A stretch of DNA of 62,060 bases, taken from a virus (lineage: Duplodnaviria > Caudoviricetes). The translations under genes were made by a program, and so were the position numbers. Shown piece after piece: positions 10,498 through 19,802 of the stretch. Location of the stretch: positions 1 to 62,060 of the IMG/VR virus record IMGVR_UViG_3300044970_000368; one strand, written 5' to 3'. The notes under the pieces are model-generated. The model saw only the letters and a list, made by a program, of their open reading frames with translations. It was not told the origin of the DNA and did no database searches. Position 1 is the stretch's first letter. Every line of letters begins with the position of its first letter.

Positions 10498-10671
10498 GAG
10501 TTCAATCCTAATATTCTAAAGCGTTAAATTGTGCAAGCATAATTTATCATTTATGATAAATAAAGCAAGTATTTGCGGGTTAGTGCATCATATTTGATAA
10601 ATAAATCAAGTTTCATTTGATAAAGTGTATCAAGTTATATGCAGTTATACTCTAAATTAGATATAATTCAT

Positions 10672-12540
10672 TTATTCGCTAAAATCGATAAATTCTATTT
10701 TATCCACGATAGATTGCATTCCTCGATCCATTAATCGCGGAGTTTCTTTTTTATTTTCTACCATAGTCGCAGTTGATCCTGCGCGTTGTCTCATAAGAAA
10801 TACCAGCATTGAAAGCGAGTCCAAAGCATCTGGTGATGGTTGCCGTGTCCGCTTAACATAATCTTTTTTACTTTCCACGCGAACCATGCCTTTTCCCTTT
10901 TGCATATAACGCCTTCCAGTAGCTTGCCGCACAAGCTGATCGTTGCGAAATCCCGGTGATATTTTGAGATACTCAAACTCAAGATACTTGGACAGACCAA
11001 ACAGCAATTCAGTAACAACCCCGTTGTAAAGCTCGCTCGCCTTCTGTGAATCATCGCCAAGGATATGCGTGTCCGTTGCCGCCCAAGAATAGTTCACGCC
11101 AAGAACTTCATCTCCAAACAAAGTTTTTAACGAGTCATGGATTCCTGCGCCATTGCCAGTTCGGTCAACGCACAACCAGTTCGGAGAAATCTTCATGTTC
11201 TTACAAAACTTAATAATGTTGTAAGTTTGCTCCAGCGTTGCCGCCTTCGGAAATGTCATCTGCGAATCAAGTTGCAATACTGTTCTCGGAGTCTTGAATG
11301 GAATAAACTGGCCGCTCATAGGTGTCCACCCGTCAGAAAGGCCAAATCTTCCGAAAGAACACACAACGCTATCGTTTCCTTCCAGTGCCAAGTCAAACGC
11401 TGCCAGAGGCACTACAGGCCCAATAAACCGCACGTTACCCATCGCGTTATCAAGCATCGATGGTGTAATTATTGCCATGCTGATACCTTCCTGCGGGAAC
11501 CAGCCACGCGCCATGGTAAAATATTCCGCAGTCCTCCCCTTGGCTTCGTATGCCGTGTAGCCTTCGTTAGTCTGCAAGCCGGGAAAAACAATTTTCTGCT
11601 CAATGACGTTTTCGCATCGTGCGGCATCAAGGCGCAAGACGTGCCAACCATCGCGTGACTCCCATTCAAAGTCATCCTCGCAATCAACCGATCCCCAACC
11701 TCGCTCTGGTTCGCACCGTTTGCCAAACTCGCTTGTCCTATCTTTTGGGTTGGATGCAGCAAAAATTTTAATGCGTCCCTTTGCGCCTTCGGTATCGGCA
11801 GCGGACAAAATGTTTTGCAGACCCTCCCATACACCAGCGGGAACTTCTTCCGCTTCGTCCAGCACAACATGAGTTCTGGACATTTGTCCAAATGTTGGAT
11901 GCGGCTTGCCCGCTCTTGGACTTGGGTGGAAACCACGCAAAGTTCCTGTTCCGCTATCGCCTTTTGGGATAGCTACAAGATGAATTCCGTTTTTTGAGTC
12001 ATTATTTGCCTGTATGCTTTTTACAAGTGTTTCACTACCATCAAATTCTGGTCTTACCAATGCAGTCGTATAAAACTTTTTAATAGCAGCAAATACGTTG
12101 CGTTGAGCGTGTTCAGCAGTAAGTGAAACAACCTTAATGCAAGTGTAGTGAGGGTCACGCATCCAGTCCAGCAGAAACCATGCCGCCGCACCAAAGGTTT
12201 TTCCCATCGCTCCAGCACCTTGTATAAGTAACTTGTCATGATCAAATAAGCATCTCCATGTATCCATCGAAGATTGTGGTCGCCAATCGTAAACCTGCTG
12301 TCCCCACAAAACAGTTGCCGCTGCCTCAAACTGATCCTTGTTAAGCAGTTCGTTTACAAACTGCAATACAACATTTTTTGCAAACGGCAAGTCTACTTTA
12401 AAATTACCAGTTGTATTTGAAACATTTGTTATAATATACTTTGCGGCAAGCAATATCCCGCGATCTTCATCAGTCGCGTTATCAACCTCGGCACGAATTT
12501 TTTCTGCCAAGGCAATTGCGTTTTTAACATCTGCTGTCAA
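10672..12540 (-). CDS. terL: Terminase large subunit
   Basis: Walker A GAGAMGKT, Walker B VVLDEAEE, ASNP, nuclease FDLALEGND and SPDALDS. Confidence 0.9.
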   Translation of the reverse strand: MTADVKNAIALAEKIRAEVDNATDEDRGILLAAKYIITNVSNTTGNFKVDLPFAKNVVLQFVNELLNKDQFEAAATVLWGQQVYDWRPQSSMDTWRCLFDHDKLLIQGAGAMGKTFGAAAWFLLDWMRDPHYTCIKVVSLTAEHAQRNVFAAIKKFYTTALVRPEFDGSETLVKSIQANNDSKNGIHLVAIPKGDSGTGTLRGFHPSPRAGKPHPTFGQMSRTHVVLDEAEEVPAGVWEGLQNILSAADTEGAKGRIKIFAASNPKDRTSEFGKRCEPERGWGSVDCEDDFEWESRDGWHVLRLDAARCENVIEQKIVFPGLQTNEGYTAYEAKGRTAEYFTMARGWFPQEGISMAIITPSMLDNAMGNVRFIGPVVPLAAFDLALEGNDSVVCSFGRFGLSDGWTPMSGQFIPFKTPRTVLQLDSQMTFPKAATLEQTYNIIKFCKNMKISPNWLCVDRTGNGAGIHDSLKTLFGDEVLGVNYSWAATDTHILGDDSQKASELYNGVVTELLFGLSKYLEFEYLKISPGFRNDQLVRQATGRRYMQKGKGMVRVESKKDYVKRTRQPSPDALDSLSMLVFLMRQRAGSTATMVENKKETPRLMDRGMQSIVDKIEFIDFSE

Positions 12541-12818
12541 ATTAGTTCTGGCAATTTTCGTTCGTGAACCATTTCGTTTATGACTTTACGGACATGATAC
12601 AATGTCTCAACGCAGCATTCTTTACGCTCGCCAGTTTCCTCGTCAATGTAATGCGTGAATTCGCCAGTATGGTATCGCACGGCAGACCGAAGTTCTTGAT
12701 CAATGTCGTTCAATGTCAACAACGCATCAAGCCCAGCGCAAGCATATTTAAAATCCCACTCCTGCTCTGGCAGGTTGAATTCAAGAGTTGCTTTTGCTTC
12801 CATTTTCAATCCTCCCAT
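12537..12818 (-). CDS. Hypothetical protein
   Basis: KATLEFNLPE N-terminus; stop overlaps the terL start. Confidence 0.7.
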   Translation of the reverse strand: MGGLKMEAKATLEFNLPEQEWDFKYACAGLDALLTLNDIDQELRSAVRYHTGEFTHYIDEETGERKECCVETLYHVRKVINEMVHERKLPELI

Positions 12819-12937
12819 CTGCTAACCAAATACGGACATTTGACAAGTCATCAAACTCCTTACTCCACTCTTCTCTGGTGATCTCTCCAGACATATACTT
12901 GTCATTAGATTTCCGTTGTGCTTCTGATCTTGTCATT

Positions 12938-13342
12938 TTACCTCCAGTCTGGGTCGTTGTCTCTGAACTCATTAATATCTTTAATAGCCTCAATAAGAAT
13001 TTCGCGCAACCTATTCAATGCGCCTTCATAACTGCTCCAGTTTTCCTCGATGCGATCATAAACATAACCATGATGAATCACGCAGTATGTTGGAACTTGA
13101 CCATAACTCCACTTGGTTTCAATATACCAATGGCAGTCACGATCTTTATGATGATCTTCTCCCATCAATGCATACCATTCCTGCGTCAATCTTGTGATGT
13201 CTTGTTCTATGCTCATATTGATAAGTTTATATCCTTCCTCAAATCCGCCTCGATGAATTTCTTTGCCATTTTCTTTCACAACAAAAACAGATGGTTTCCC
13301 GCTATGATCCCAAAAACTCGTTTTCATTGTCACTTTTTGCAA
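12938..13342 (-). CDS. Hypothetical protein (start uncertain)
   Basis: HHKDRDCHWYI motif; tightly packed operon. Confidence 0.6.
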   Translation of the reverse strand: MQKVTMKTSFWDHSGKPSVFVVKENGKEIHRGGFEEGYKLINMSIEQDITRLTQEWYALMGEDHHKDRDCHWYIETKWSYGQVPTYCVIHHGYVYDRIEENWSSYEGALNRLREILIEAIKDINEFRDNDPDWR

Positions 13343-13644
13343 GAATCTGTCACAATTCGACAGATATGTGCAAGAATTTTGTTTATCCTGACTGCATCAT
13401 GCACCCTGCACGAATTAATGCGCGTTGGATGAAACTCTCTTTCGCTATCACTCACCTCAACAGTATTCAAAATATCCAAGAATTCTTTGCACAATGATTT
13501 CAAGTCTTCAAGCTCATATCGGAGTTGATATGTTTCCTTTGGAGTCCAATCGGCAGGACATCCGCACTCTCCAGCATCATACGCATGGCACTTGCAGTCC
13601 TTGCCTGCGAAATATGTTTTAAGATTTTTCCTCTTCTTCTTCAT
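13330..13644 (-). CDS. Hypothetical protein with CxC...CxC
   Basis: DCKCHAYDAGECGC. Confidence 0.6.
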   Translation of the reverse strand: MKKKRKNLKTYFAGKDCKCHAYDAGECGCPADWTPKETYQLRYELEDLKSLCKEFLDILNTVEVSDSEREFHPTRINSCRVHDAVRINKILAHICRIVTDSCKK

Positions 13645-13915
13645 ATCCCATGTCCTTGTTTAGCCTCGCATGAAACGAATCCTCGCCATCGTCGCCAGAC
13701 AGCAAGTAATCAATCCTCCGAATGTATGTCGCGGCAGTAAGAATGAAAGTCACGCCAAGCATAAACTCGTAAAGCGTTTCTTCCTTATAATTCTTTCCAA
13801 TACGATCTCCCCACTCGTTGACCTCATTAGAATCGTTCTCTTGAACAATCCTCTCAATCTCATCAGCAATATCTTCCAGCTTATATTGAATATAATCCCA
13901 ATGTCCTCCGCTCAT
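13619..13915 (-). CDS. Hypothetical protein
   Basis: MSGGHWDYIQY start and IDYLLSGDDGEDSF motif. Confidence 0.7.
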   Translation of the reverse strand: MSGGHWDYIQYKLEDIADEIERIVQENDSNEVNEWGDRIGKNYKEETLYEFMLGVTFILTAATYIRRIDYLLSGDDGEDSFHARLNKDMGYEEEEEKS

Positions 13916-14079
13916 AGTTTAAAAAAGTTCTGATCTAACCAAGTTACAGCAACCCCAGAATCGATAACATCTTTTGGCTCAATGCAATTGTCGCTGATTA
14001 TTCCATTATCCTGCAATGCGTTCATCGCCTTTACTGGGTCAAGTTTTTCATATTCAATATATTGTTCAAGTGAATTCAT
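13912..14079 (-). CDS. Hypothetical protein (55 aa, not in ORF track)
   Basis: MNSLEQYIEYEKLDPVKAMNALQDNGIISDNC; ATGA overlaps at both ends. Confidence 0.65.
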   Translation of the reverse strand: MNSLEQYIEYEKLDPVKAMNALQDNGIISDNCIEPKDVIDSGVAVTWLDQNFFKL

Positions 14080-14336
14080 CGTTTTCCGAAGATTGTATCG
14101 AAAATGTTCATTGCAGATGCATTGTATTTAATCGGTTCTGGATAATCATATTCCTCCTCATCATCTTCAAATTCTTGATTGAATCCAGACTCAAACGCAA
14201 CATCCCAAGTTTGGTTAAACATTTTACGCAAGCCTCTTGCTGACATTGTTATTGTTCCCAACCCATCAAATGACGGATTTTTCTCGGAGTATTTTGCCCA
14301 CAATTCTTTTTTAGTCATTTCAAACCTTCCTTCCAT
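14076..14336 (-). CDS. Hypothetical protein
   Basis: ORF in a tight operon; likely start MTKKELW. Confidence 0.6.
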   Translation of the reverse strand: MEGRFEMTKKELWAKYSEKNPSFDGLGTITMSARGLRKMFNQTWDVAFESGFNQEFEDDEEEYDYPEPIKYNASAMNIFDTIFGKR

Positions 14337-14791
14337 GCTTTTTCAAGCTCATCAAACGCCCCAGCTTTTAAAGAGTGTATTACATCGTAAACGCAAGAAC
14401 GTAGGTGAATAAGTTGATCCATTGTCTCATCTCGCTCTTTGCAAAGTTTATTAACCTCAAGCATATTTTCTACTGCAAGCGTATCATATTTCTCCCGCGC
14501 CTCGTCGCGCTCTATGCAAACGCCAAGGTAGGCATCTACATTCTCGGAGTCTGCGGCTAAAATCTGTTTGAGTTTGTCGCGCTCGTTTATTAACTCAAAA
14601 ATTCTCGCGTGAAAGTTTGTGGCATCTGCCTCTGCAATATCACGCTCTTGCTTGTATCTTCCGCACATTGCTGCCCACTCGTCGCGTTCGCGCTCCAGTC
14701 GTTCCGCTAAAATGCGTAAGTCGCCTGCACTGTAAGTGTATGGGTTTATGTATTTATCCCATGCCGCATCTGTCTCTGGTGTCTCACTCAT
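14315..14791 (-). CDS. Coiled-coil ERDEA-repeat protein
   Basis: MSETPETD start with several ERD repeats. Confidence 0.7.
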   Translation of the reverse strand: MSETPETDAAWDKYINPYTYSAGDLRILAERLERERDEWAAMCGRYKQERDIAEADATNFHARIFELINERDKLKQILAADSENVDAYLGVCIERDEAREKYDTLAVENMLEVNKLCKERDETMDQLIHLRSCVYDVIHSLKAGAFDELEKAWKEGLK

Positions 14792-15159
14792 TTCACGCCC
14801 TCCAATGCGTTTCTGGCAATAATTCCCATTTTTTCTCTGTCCGCGTAAATGTCTGTGCCATCAATAAATAAATCCTCGATTTTCATCAATGCCTCCCTTG
14901 CCTCGTCGCGCTCGCGCTCCAGTTGGATAATTTTTGACCTCGCCTCGCTCGCAATCATTCTATCTATCCAAGACTCCCGATGGCGATACCTCTGCCACGC
15001 CAAGTTGAGCATCCATGCTAATGTAATGGCGTAGTTGAGAGGATATGCCGCCATCACGATTTCCCTCGTCTGGTAATCCCGATAGCAAGATTTCATCCAA
15101 GGCTTTGTTATGATGTTTTCAGAGACGCGCTCAAAAATGAAACGTTTAATGTCACTCAT
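14788..15159 (-). CDS. Coiled-coil ERDEA-repeat protein
   Basis: QLERERDEAREAL. Confidence 0.65.
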   Translation of the reverse strand: MSDIKRFIFERVSENIITKPWMKSCYRDYQTREIVMAAYPLNYAITLAWMLNLAWQRYRHRESWIDRMIASEARSKIIQLERERDEAREALMKIEDLFIDGTDIYADREKMGIIARNALEGVK

Positions 15160-15593
15160 TCCGCGCCCTCCTTTATCCGTTCCACCCCATTTCGGAGTTC
15201 AGATACGATTCCAAACTTGTCGTTTTCAAAATCTATTTCAGCTAAAGAAATAGCTCGCAACGCAATATAGATTAACTCTTTTACTTGCTCCTTCGCCTCG
15301 TCGCGCTCGCGTTCCATCCTCGCCAGTTCCTCGGTTGTGCGGAGTTCAAGACCAGACAACCTATCTGCAAGTTGCGCTGCATCTTTCCTTGCATTGTTTC
15401 GCTCGCGCTCAAGTTGGCGAGCAAAAATAACAGGAATGTAAACAGAACTTGATTCATCACCACAAGTAGTTACTGAATCTTTGATTGTTACTCCCGAATA
15501 TTTTTCTACTTCATCTATTTCTGGCGTATTTGATGGCGATGAGAAAAACTCCGCTACGGGATTCTCGCTGCCCTTGGTAATTTCAATTGTCAT
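15156..15593 (-). CDS. Coiled-coil ERDEA-repeat protein
   Basis: FARQLERERN and ERERDEAKEQ. Confidence 0.65.
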   Translation of the reverse strand: MTIEITKGSENPVAEFFSSPSNTPEIDEVEKYSGVTIKDSVTTCGDESSSVYIPVIFARQLERERNNARKDAAQLADRLSGLELRTTEELARMERERDEAKEQVKELIYIALRAISLAEIDFENDKFGIVSELRNGVERIKEGAE

Positions 15594-15982
15594 ATATTTA
15601 TTAATTCTATTCCGAAATCTGCCGCCAGAAGAATTGTTGATTCATCTGTTGGATAGGTTTCTCTGTAGACGATACGCCTGATGCCATACGATGCAAGAGA
15701 TTTTAAACAATTATTGCACGGCAGCGTAGTAGACGCAATCAACCGACATTCATTTGGCTTGACATGACGCAATGCGTTTTGCTCCGCATGGACAACATAC
15801 TTCCTCCTGCGCTCACGATCACTCCAGTCCTCCACCATGTGCGCTGGGAATCCATTGTAGCCACAAGCCGCAATCGTGTTGTCATGCCTCAACAACACAG
15901 CACCAACCTGCCTCCACGGGTCCTTGCTTTTCTTCGCAACCACCTCGGCAATGCCAAGTGCGTATTGATCCCAATCACTCAT
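15590..15982 (-). CDS. dCMP deaminase family protein
   Basis: SKDP..QVGA, GYNG, HAEQNA, PCNNC. Confidence 0.9.
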   Translation of the reverse strand: MSDWDQYALGIAEVVAKKSKDPWRQVGAVLLRHDNTIAACGYNGFPAHMVEDWSDRERRRKYVVHAEQNALRHVKPNECRLIASTTLPCNNCLKSLASYGIRRIVYRETYPTDESTILLAADFGIELINI

Positions 15983-16290
15983 TGCATTCCTCTCAAAATT
16001 TTATTTACCGCCAGCAATCGCAACCGCTCGTTCTCATCAGCCAATGATTCATGCGGCAACAAGTCTGCATCGTTATAGGCAACCAATGCGTCAGGAGCAG
16101 CAACGCCAGTGTATGTGTTCTGCTCAACAATTGGAACGGAATCTGGAGCCTTGTCTTCACGCAGATACATTTCCTTCAAGTTCGGAGTTGTGCCTTTCGG
16201 ATATGTCAAGACTCTTTTCTCCGTGTATGTCTCCTTTGCTGTGCCGCACGCGCACAATGCCAAGCAGGATGCAAGCAATATATTTTTCAT
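15979..16290 (-). CDS. Putative lipoprotein
   Basis: MKNILLASCLALCAC signal peptide and lipobox. Confidence 0.55.
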   Translation of the reverse strand: MKNILLASCLALCACGTAKETYTEKRVLTYPKGTTPNLKEMYLREDKAPDSVPIVEQNTYTGVAAPDALVAYNDADLLPHESLADENERLRLLAVNKILRGMQ

Positions 16291-16754
16291 TGGCAGGACT
16301 CGCACTCTTCACCGAGGTTGCAGGCTACTTGCTCGATCTTCACGTCATCAAAATCATCCTCAATAAAAGGAATACTTTTTTCTTGCTTGACTTCTTCTGC
16401 CTTGTCTGCCCTTGAAATCGCCTGCTCGTTGCTGTAGCTGCCGCTCGCGTAGCGTTTGCTTAACTTCTCCCTATTGGCGATAATGCAATCTTCAAGCGAC
16501 ATATCAAGCTCGTTCAATAGACCCGTCAGATAAAACAGGATGTCGCCTGCCTCCTCCTTGATGTTGTCAATGTCAATCTGCTTCTGGTAGACGCAATGCT
16601 TCTTGACGGCATCAAGCAACTCTCCCGCCTCTCCAGATACTCCTACTGCCATGTGCAACAAGTGCGCTTGCTGTGGTGTCAACTGCCTGACTATCTCCTC
16701 GCCCGGCTTGACGATTGAATTCACGAACTGCTGGTATGGTGTTGTATTACTCAT
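16287..16754 (-). CDS. MazG-like NTP pyrophosphohydrolase
   Basis: GVSGEAGELLDAVKK, EEAGDILFY, NREKLSKRY; likely start MSNTT. Confidence 0.88.
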   Translation of the reverse strand: MSNTTPYQQFVNSIVKPGEEIVRQLTPQQAHLLHMAVGVSGEAGELLDAVKKHCVYQKQIDIDNIKEEAGDILFYLTGLLNELDMSLEDCIIANREKLSKRYASGSYSNEQAISRADKAEEVKQEKSIPFIEDDFDDVKIEQVACNLGEECESCQ

Positions 16755-17307
16755 GTGTGTATGTGTTGAAGTATGCTTTACCAAAACATCCTGACTCCGC
16801 AAGCTGAATCGTCTGACCCTCCTTGCCAATCCATGCGTCCAGCTTCTCCTTTGTCAACTCAATTGGATGACCATCATGCGCTGGGATGTCAACCCATTCA
16901 AAGATTCGCAATGTCCTCGCTGCTCCCAATGCATTCTTGATGATCAAATCTGGATCGTCGGTATGCTGAAGGCAGTTGTAAATCCAGCACTCATCGTAAT
17001 CATCTTCAAAAACATCTTCACCACGGCATATTATTGAATCAATGCCCTTCGCGGAATACCTGTCGTATGTCCAATTTGGATAATGCAACGGGTCAACTAC
17101 AAGCGAACGAGGTGCAAGGTTAATCGTCTTGAGCAGCATCGATGTTGGCCCACCACCAATGTCGATGATCCTTGCGCCTGCTACATCGAACGAGTAGCCA
17201 ACTTGCTTCAAGCCCATGTAGCGAGCGTAGACGTAATGCTTCTGGTCTTCGTCGAAGGTATTGCAGCAATCACCCCAGTATTGCGATTCAAATGTGTAGT
17301 CACTCAT
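16747..17307 (-). CDS. SAM-dependent methyltransferase
   Basis: IIDIGGGP motif I, VDPL, NCLQH. Confidence 0.75.
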   Translation of the reverse strand: MSDYTFESQYWGDCCNTFDEDQKHYVYARYMGLKQVGYSFDVAGARIIDIGGGPTSMLLKTINLAPRSLVVDPLHYPNWTYDRYSAKGIDSIICRGEDVFEDDYDECWIYNCLQHTDDPDLIIKNALGAARTLRIFEWVDIPAHDGHPIELTKEKLDAWIGKEGQTIQLAESGCFGKAYFNTYTHE

Positions 17308-17506
17308 ATTTATTTTTAAGCTGGTTAAATTCTTCAAGTGCTAAATCAATGTCGTTAGCAATATGAAATTCGTTTTCATTTACTCCAACGATGGCCGCAA
17401 GCCTTTCAGCGCATTTGCGCCACTCATCACGCTCATTCTGGAATTTAATGCATATTTCAGCCCACTCTTCAACATCTTCAACCTTAACATAATGTATATT
17501 ACTCAT
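17300..17506 (-). CDS. Hypothetical protein
   Basis: ERDEWRKCAERLA; overlaps both neighbours. Confidence 0.6.
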   Translation of the reverse strand: MSNIHYVKVEDVEEWAEICIKFQNERDEWRKCAERLAAIVGVNENEFHIANDIDLALEEFNQLKNKYE

Positions 17507-18618
17507 ATGATACTTGGATAGAACCTCGTCATGGCATCAATGCCGTTGCCATTTGCATACCATCCTGCGCCTTCGTAGACATCAAGGACATCGCTGAAAT
17601 ACTTCTCATACATTGGTGCAACATTCTCCAGCGTGAAGTTCTCACCGAACTTGCGGCAGTCATATGGGTTGATGCAGTCGATATTTTCGACCGCATCCAC
17701 AAAGTCACCCATCGTGCGGCAACGATAACCTGTGATGCCATGCAGGTTGTTTTCTGCGAATGATCCCCAGTCGGTTGTGATGGTAGGAGTGCCAGATAGC
17801 AGGTTCTCGATCTGGACACCGCCGAATGGCTCGACATACATCGATGGCAGGAACGATGCCCTTGCGCCTGCCATGAGCTTCTTGCGCGTTGCAACGTCTG
17901 CATAGCCCACATACTTTACATGGCTCGGTAGCTTGTAGCCTTCCTCCTTCTGGCCAGCGATGACCAGTTTGACTCCTGCACGCTCCGTTGCCTGTATAGC
18001 AACATCAACACCCTTGCCGCTGTAGACCCTGCCAAGGTAGAGGAAATAATCCTCCTTCGCGCTATTGAAGTCGAAATCATCGACATCAAAGTAGTTTGGA
18101 ATGACGACATCATACCAATCTTGTCGGCAGCTACCAACCGATTGTAGACCGCAATACGCATGGTATATGGCATAGCTCTCCCATACCTTCCAACGCGCCC
18201 AGTGACCTCCTGCGTAGCCAATGCCGGGTTCAACGCAGATAAGGTCTGGATGAGCGTCACAGACTGGACGAACGCCGCTACCCCAGAACGGCAGGATAAA
18301 GTCATGCTTGCGCTTGCGCTTGCCAACCTCGCGGATGGCATTAGCGAAGAACGTCTGGTAGGCGTGATCGTTCATGTCGAACTTGAAGAAGGTTTTGCGC
18401 CAGTCATGCGTGCCGTAGGACTTCTTAAAGTCATCGTTGGTCAATACGCTAACGTGTTCCGTGCATCCAAGAATACTATCCTCATGCCCGTAGTGGATGA
18501 CTTCGTGACCTCTGTTGGTCATCATCTTCCCGAATTTAACTACCTTCTGCGTATATGCACAAGCATTAAACTCCTTGCTTGTAACTGTGTGCGGTAAGCC
18601 TAATATGTGGAATCTCAT
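17503..18618 (-). CDS. GT4 (GT-B fold) glycosyltransferase
   Basis: YLGRVYSGKG, PSMYVEPFGGVQIE, GTPTITTDWG. Confidence 0.9.
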   Translation of the reverse strand: MRFHILGLPHTVTSKEFNACAYTQKVVKFGKMMTNRGHEVIHYGHEDSILGCTEHVSVLTNDDFKKSYGTHDWRKTFFKFDMNDHAYQTFFANAIREVGKRKRKHDFILPFWGSGVRPVCDAHPDLICVEPGIGYAGGHWARWKVWESYAIYHAYCGLQSVGSCRQDWYDVVIPNYFDVDDFDFNSAKEDYFLYLGRVYSGKGVDVAIQATERAGVKLVIAGQKEEGYKLPSHVKYVGYADVATRKKLMAGARASFLPSMYVEPFGGVQIENLLSGTPTITTDWGSFAENNLHGITGYRCRTMGDFVDAVENIDCINPYDCRKFGENFTLENVAPMYEKYFSDVLDVYEGAGWYANGNGIDAMTRFYPSII

Positions 18619-18619
18619 G

Positions 18620-18865
18620 TTATTTATTTTTGATCTCTGTGCGTGTTAGTGCGTTATACATATCTGATGTTGATTCTCCCGCATGGAAACAAGCCTTGGC
18701 ATCATCAATTGCCTCCTCCAGTGCCAGAATGTAGCAATTGTCCTCCGCTGCATTGCGACGAAGTGACTTTATGACGGAATGGAGGCTATGAATCTCATCC
18801 TCGATTTCCATTGTATATTGCTTCTCTGCAAGTAGTTCTATTTCGTTTTGATTTGATAACTTCAT
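18620..18865 (-). CDS. Hypothetical protein
   Basis: ORF filling the gap between terS and GT4. Confidence 0.55.
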   Translation of the reverse strand: MKLSNQNEIELLAEKQYTMEIEDEIHSLHSVIKSLRRNAAEDNCYILALEEAIDDAKACFHAGESTSDMYNALTRTEIKNK

Positions 18866-18889
18866 ATAATCTGTGTAGTAGATAATGGA

Positions 18890-19363
18890 CTACTTCTCGC
18901 CCTGTTCCAGCGCAAGTGGTTCAGCGTTCTCCAGTTCGATAACTTCACGCTCATTGCCGCGATTAGGAATAGTGAACGATAGCGTAAGGTTTTGATTGTT
19001 GTTGCTTTCAAGCTCGATCTTATCGCCATATTTCTTGGGAGCAATCTTGCTGGATGCCCACTTCAGAGCGTCCATGCGTAATCGGCCAATGCTTGCGTCA
19101 TGTGCGCCAAAGGATTCGTCAATGATCATCTCGGCGTAATAGTCTGCCTGACGAACTCGCGCCCGTGCGTATTGATCACGAAAGCTTTCGTTGCTATCAA
19201 GCCACCTGTAGATCGTTCCTGCTGGTGGCATATGCTCATCAAGAACCATTTTTCGCAGTGTTTCACCATGTGCGAGACGTTCACAAATCTCATCAGCTAT
19301 TGCTTGATTGTAAATTGTCGGTCTTCCACCTTTATTTTTCTCTTTTGTAACTTCTTCGCTCAT
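18890..19363 (-). CDS. terS: Terminase small subunit
   Basis: GRPTIY..IADEICERLAHGETL and KWASSKIAPKKYGDK (Sf6/P22-type). Confidence 0.88.
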   Translation of the reverse strand: MSEEVTKEKNKGGRPTIYNQAIADEICERLAHGETLRKMVLDEHMPPAGTIYRWLDSNESFRDQYARARVRQADYYAEMIIDESFGAHDASIGRLRMDALKWASSKIAPKKYGDKIELESNNNQNLTLSFTIPNRGNEREVIELENAEPLALEQGEK

Positions 19364-19481
19364 AATCTATTTGCAGTGGGTAAAAATAAGTCTTGACGTG
19401 TTTTGAGTTGTTGTTATTATCTCGGAAACCGAGGTGTTAGTGTATGATGTTTCCTCGAAAGTAACAGTTCTGTTGCTATCT

Positions 19482-19802
19482 TCAATCATCGAGTTTCGCT
19501 GATTTCGATTTCCGTGCGTTCTTCTGTTTTGGTTTTGACTTTGATTTGCCTGAAGTCAACTTCGATGTCTTCTGGCGAGTCGTCTTTGATGAGTTTAGCG
19601 TAACGTAATTGGTCAATAATTGGCTTACAGCCTCCTGCGTAGTTGTCGCAGTCGAGTGGTCTGCAAGAATATCTTGTAATGCGGAGGTGAGTGCGTTGGC
19701 GGCCAGTTTCTTTTCCTTTGCGTAGTGGCTCCAGTGTTTGTTTAGGAGCGTGTTTAGCGAGGGTGTTAAGTAGCCCTTTATGATTAGGTGAATATGATCC
19801 AT
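19482..19802 (-). CDS. Overlapping +1-frame ORF resembling the RusA N-terminus
   Basis: MDHIHLIIKGYLTPSLNTLLNKHWSHYAKEKK; open for 106 codons. Confidence 0.5.
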   Translation of the reverse strand: MDHIHLIIKGYLTPSLNTLLNKHWSHYAKEKKLAANALTSALQDILADHSTATTTQEAVSQLLTNYVTLNSSKTTRQKTSKLTSGKSKSKPKQKNARKSKSAKLDD

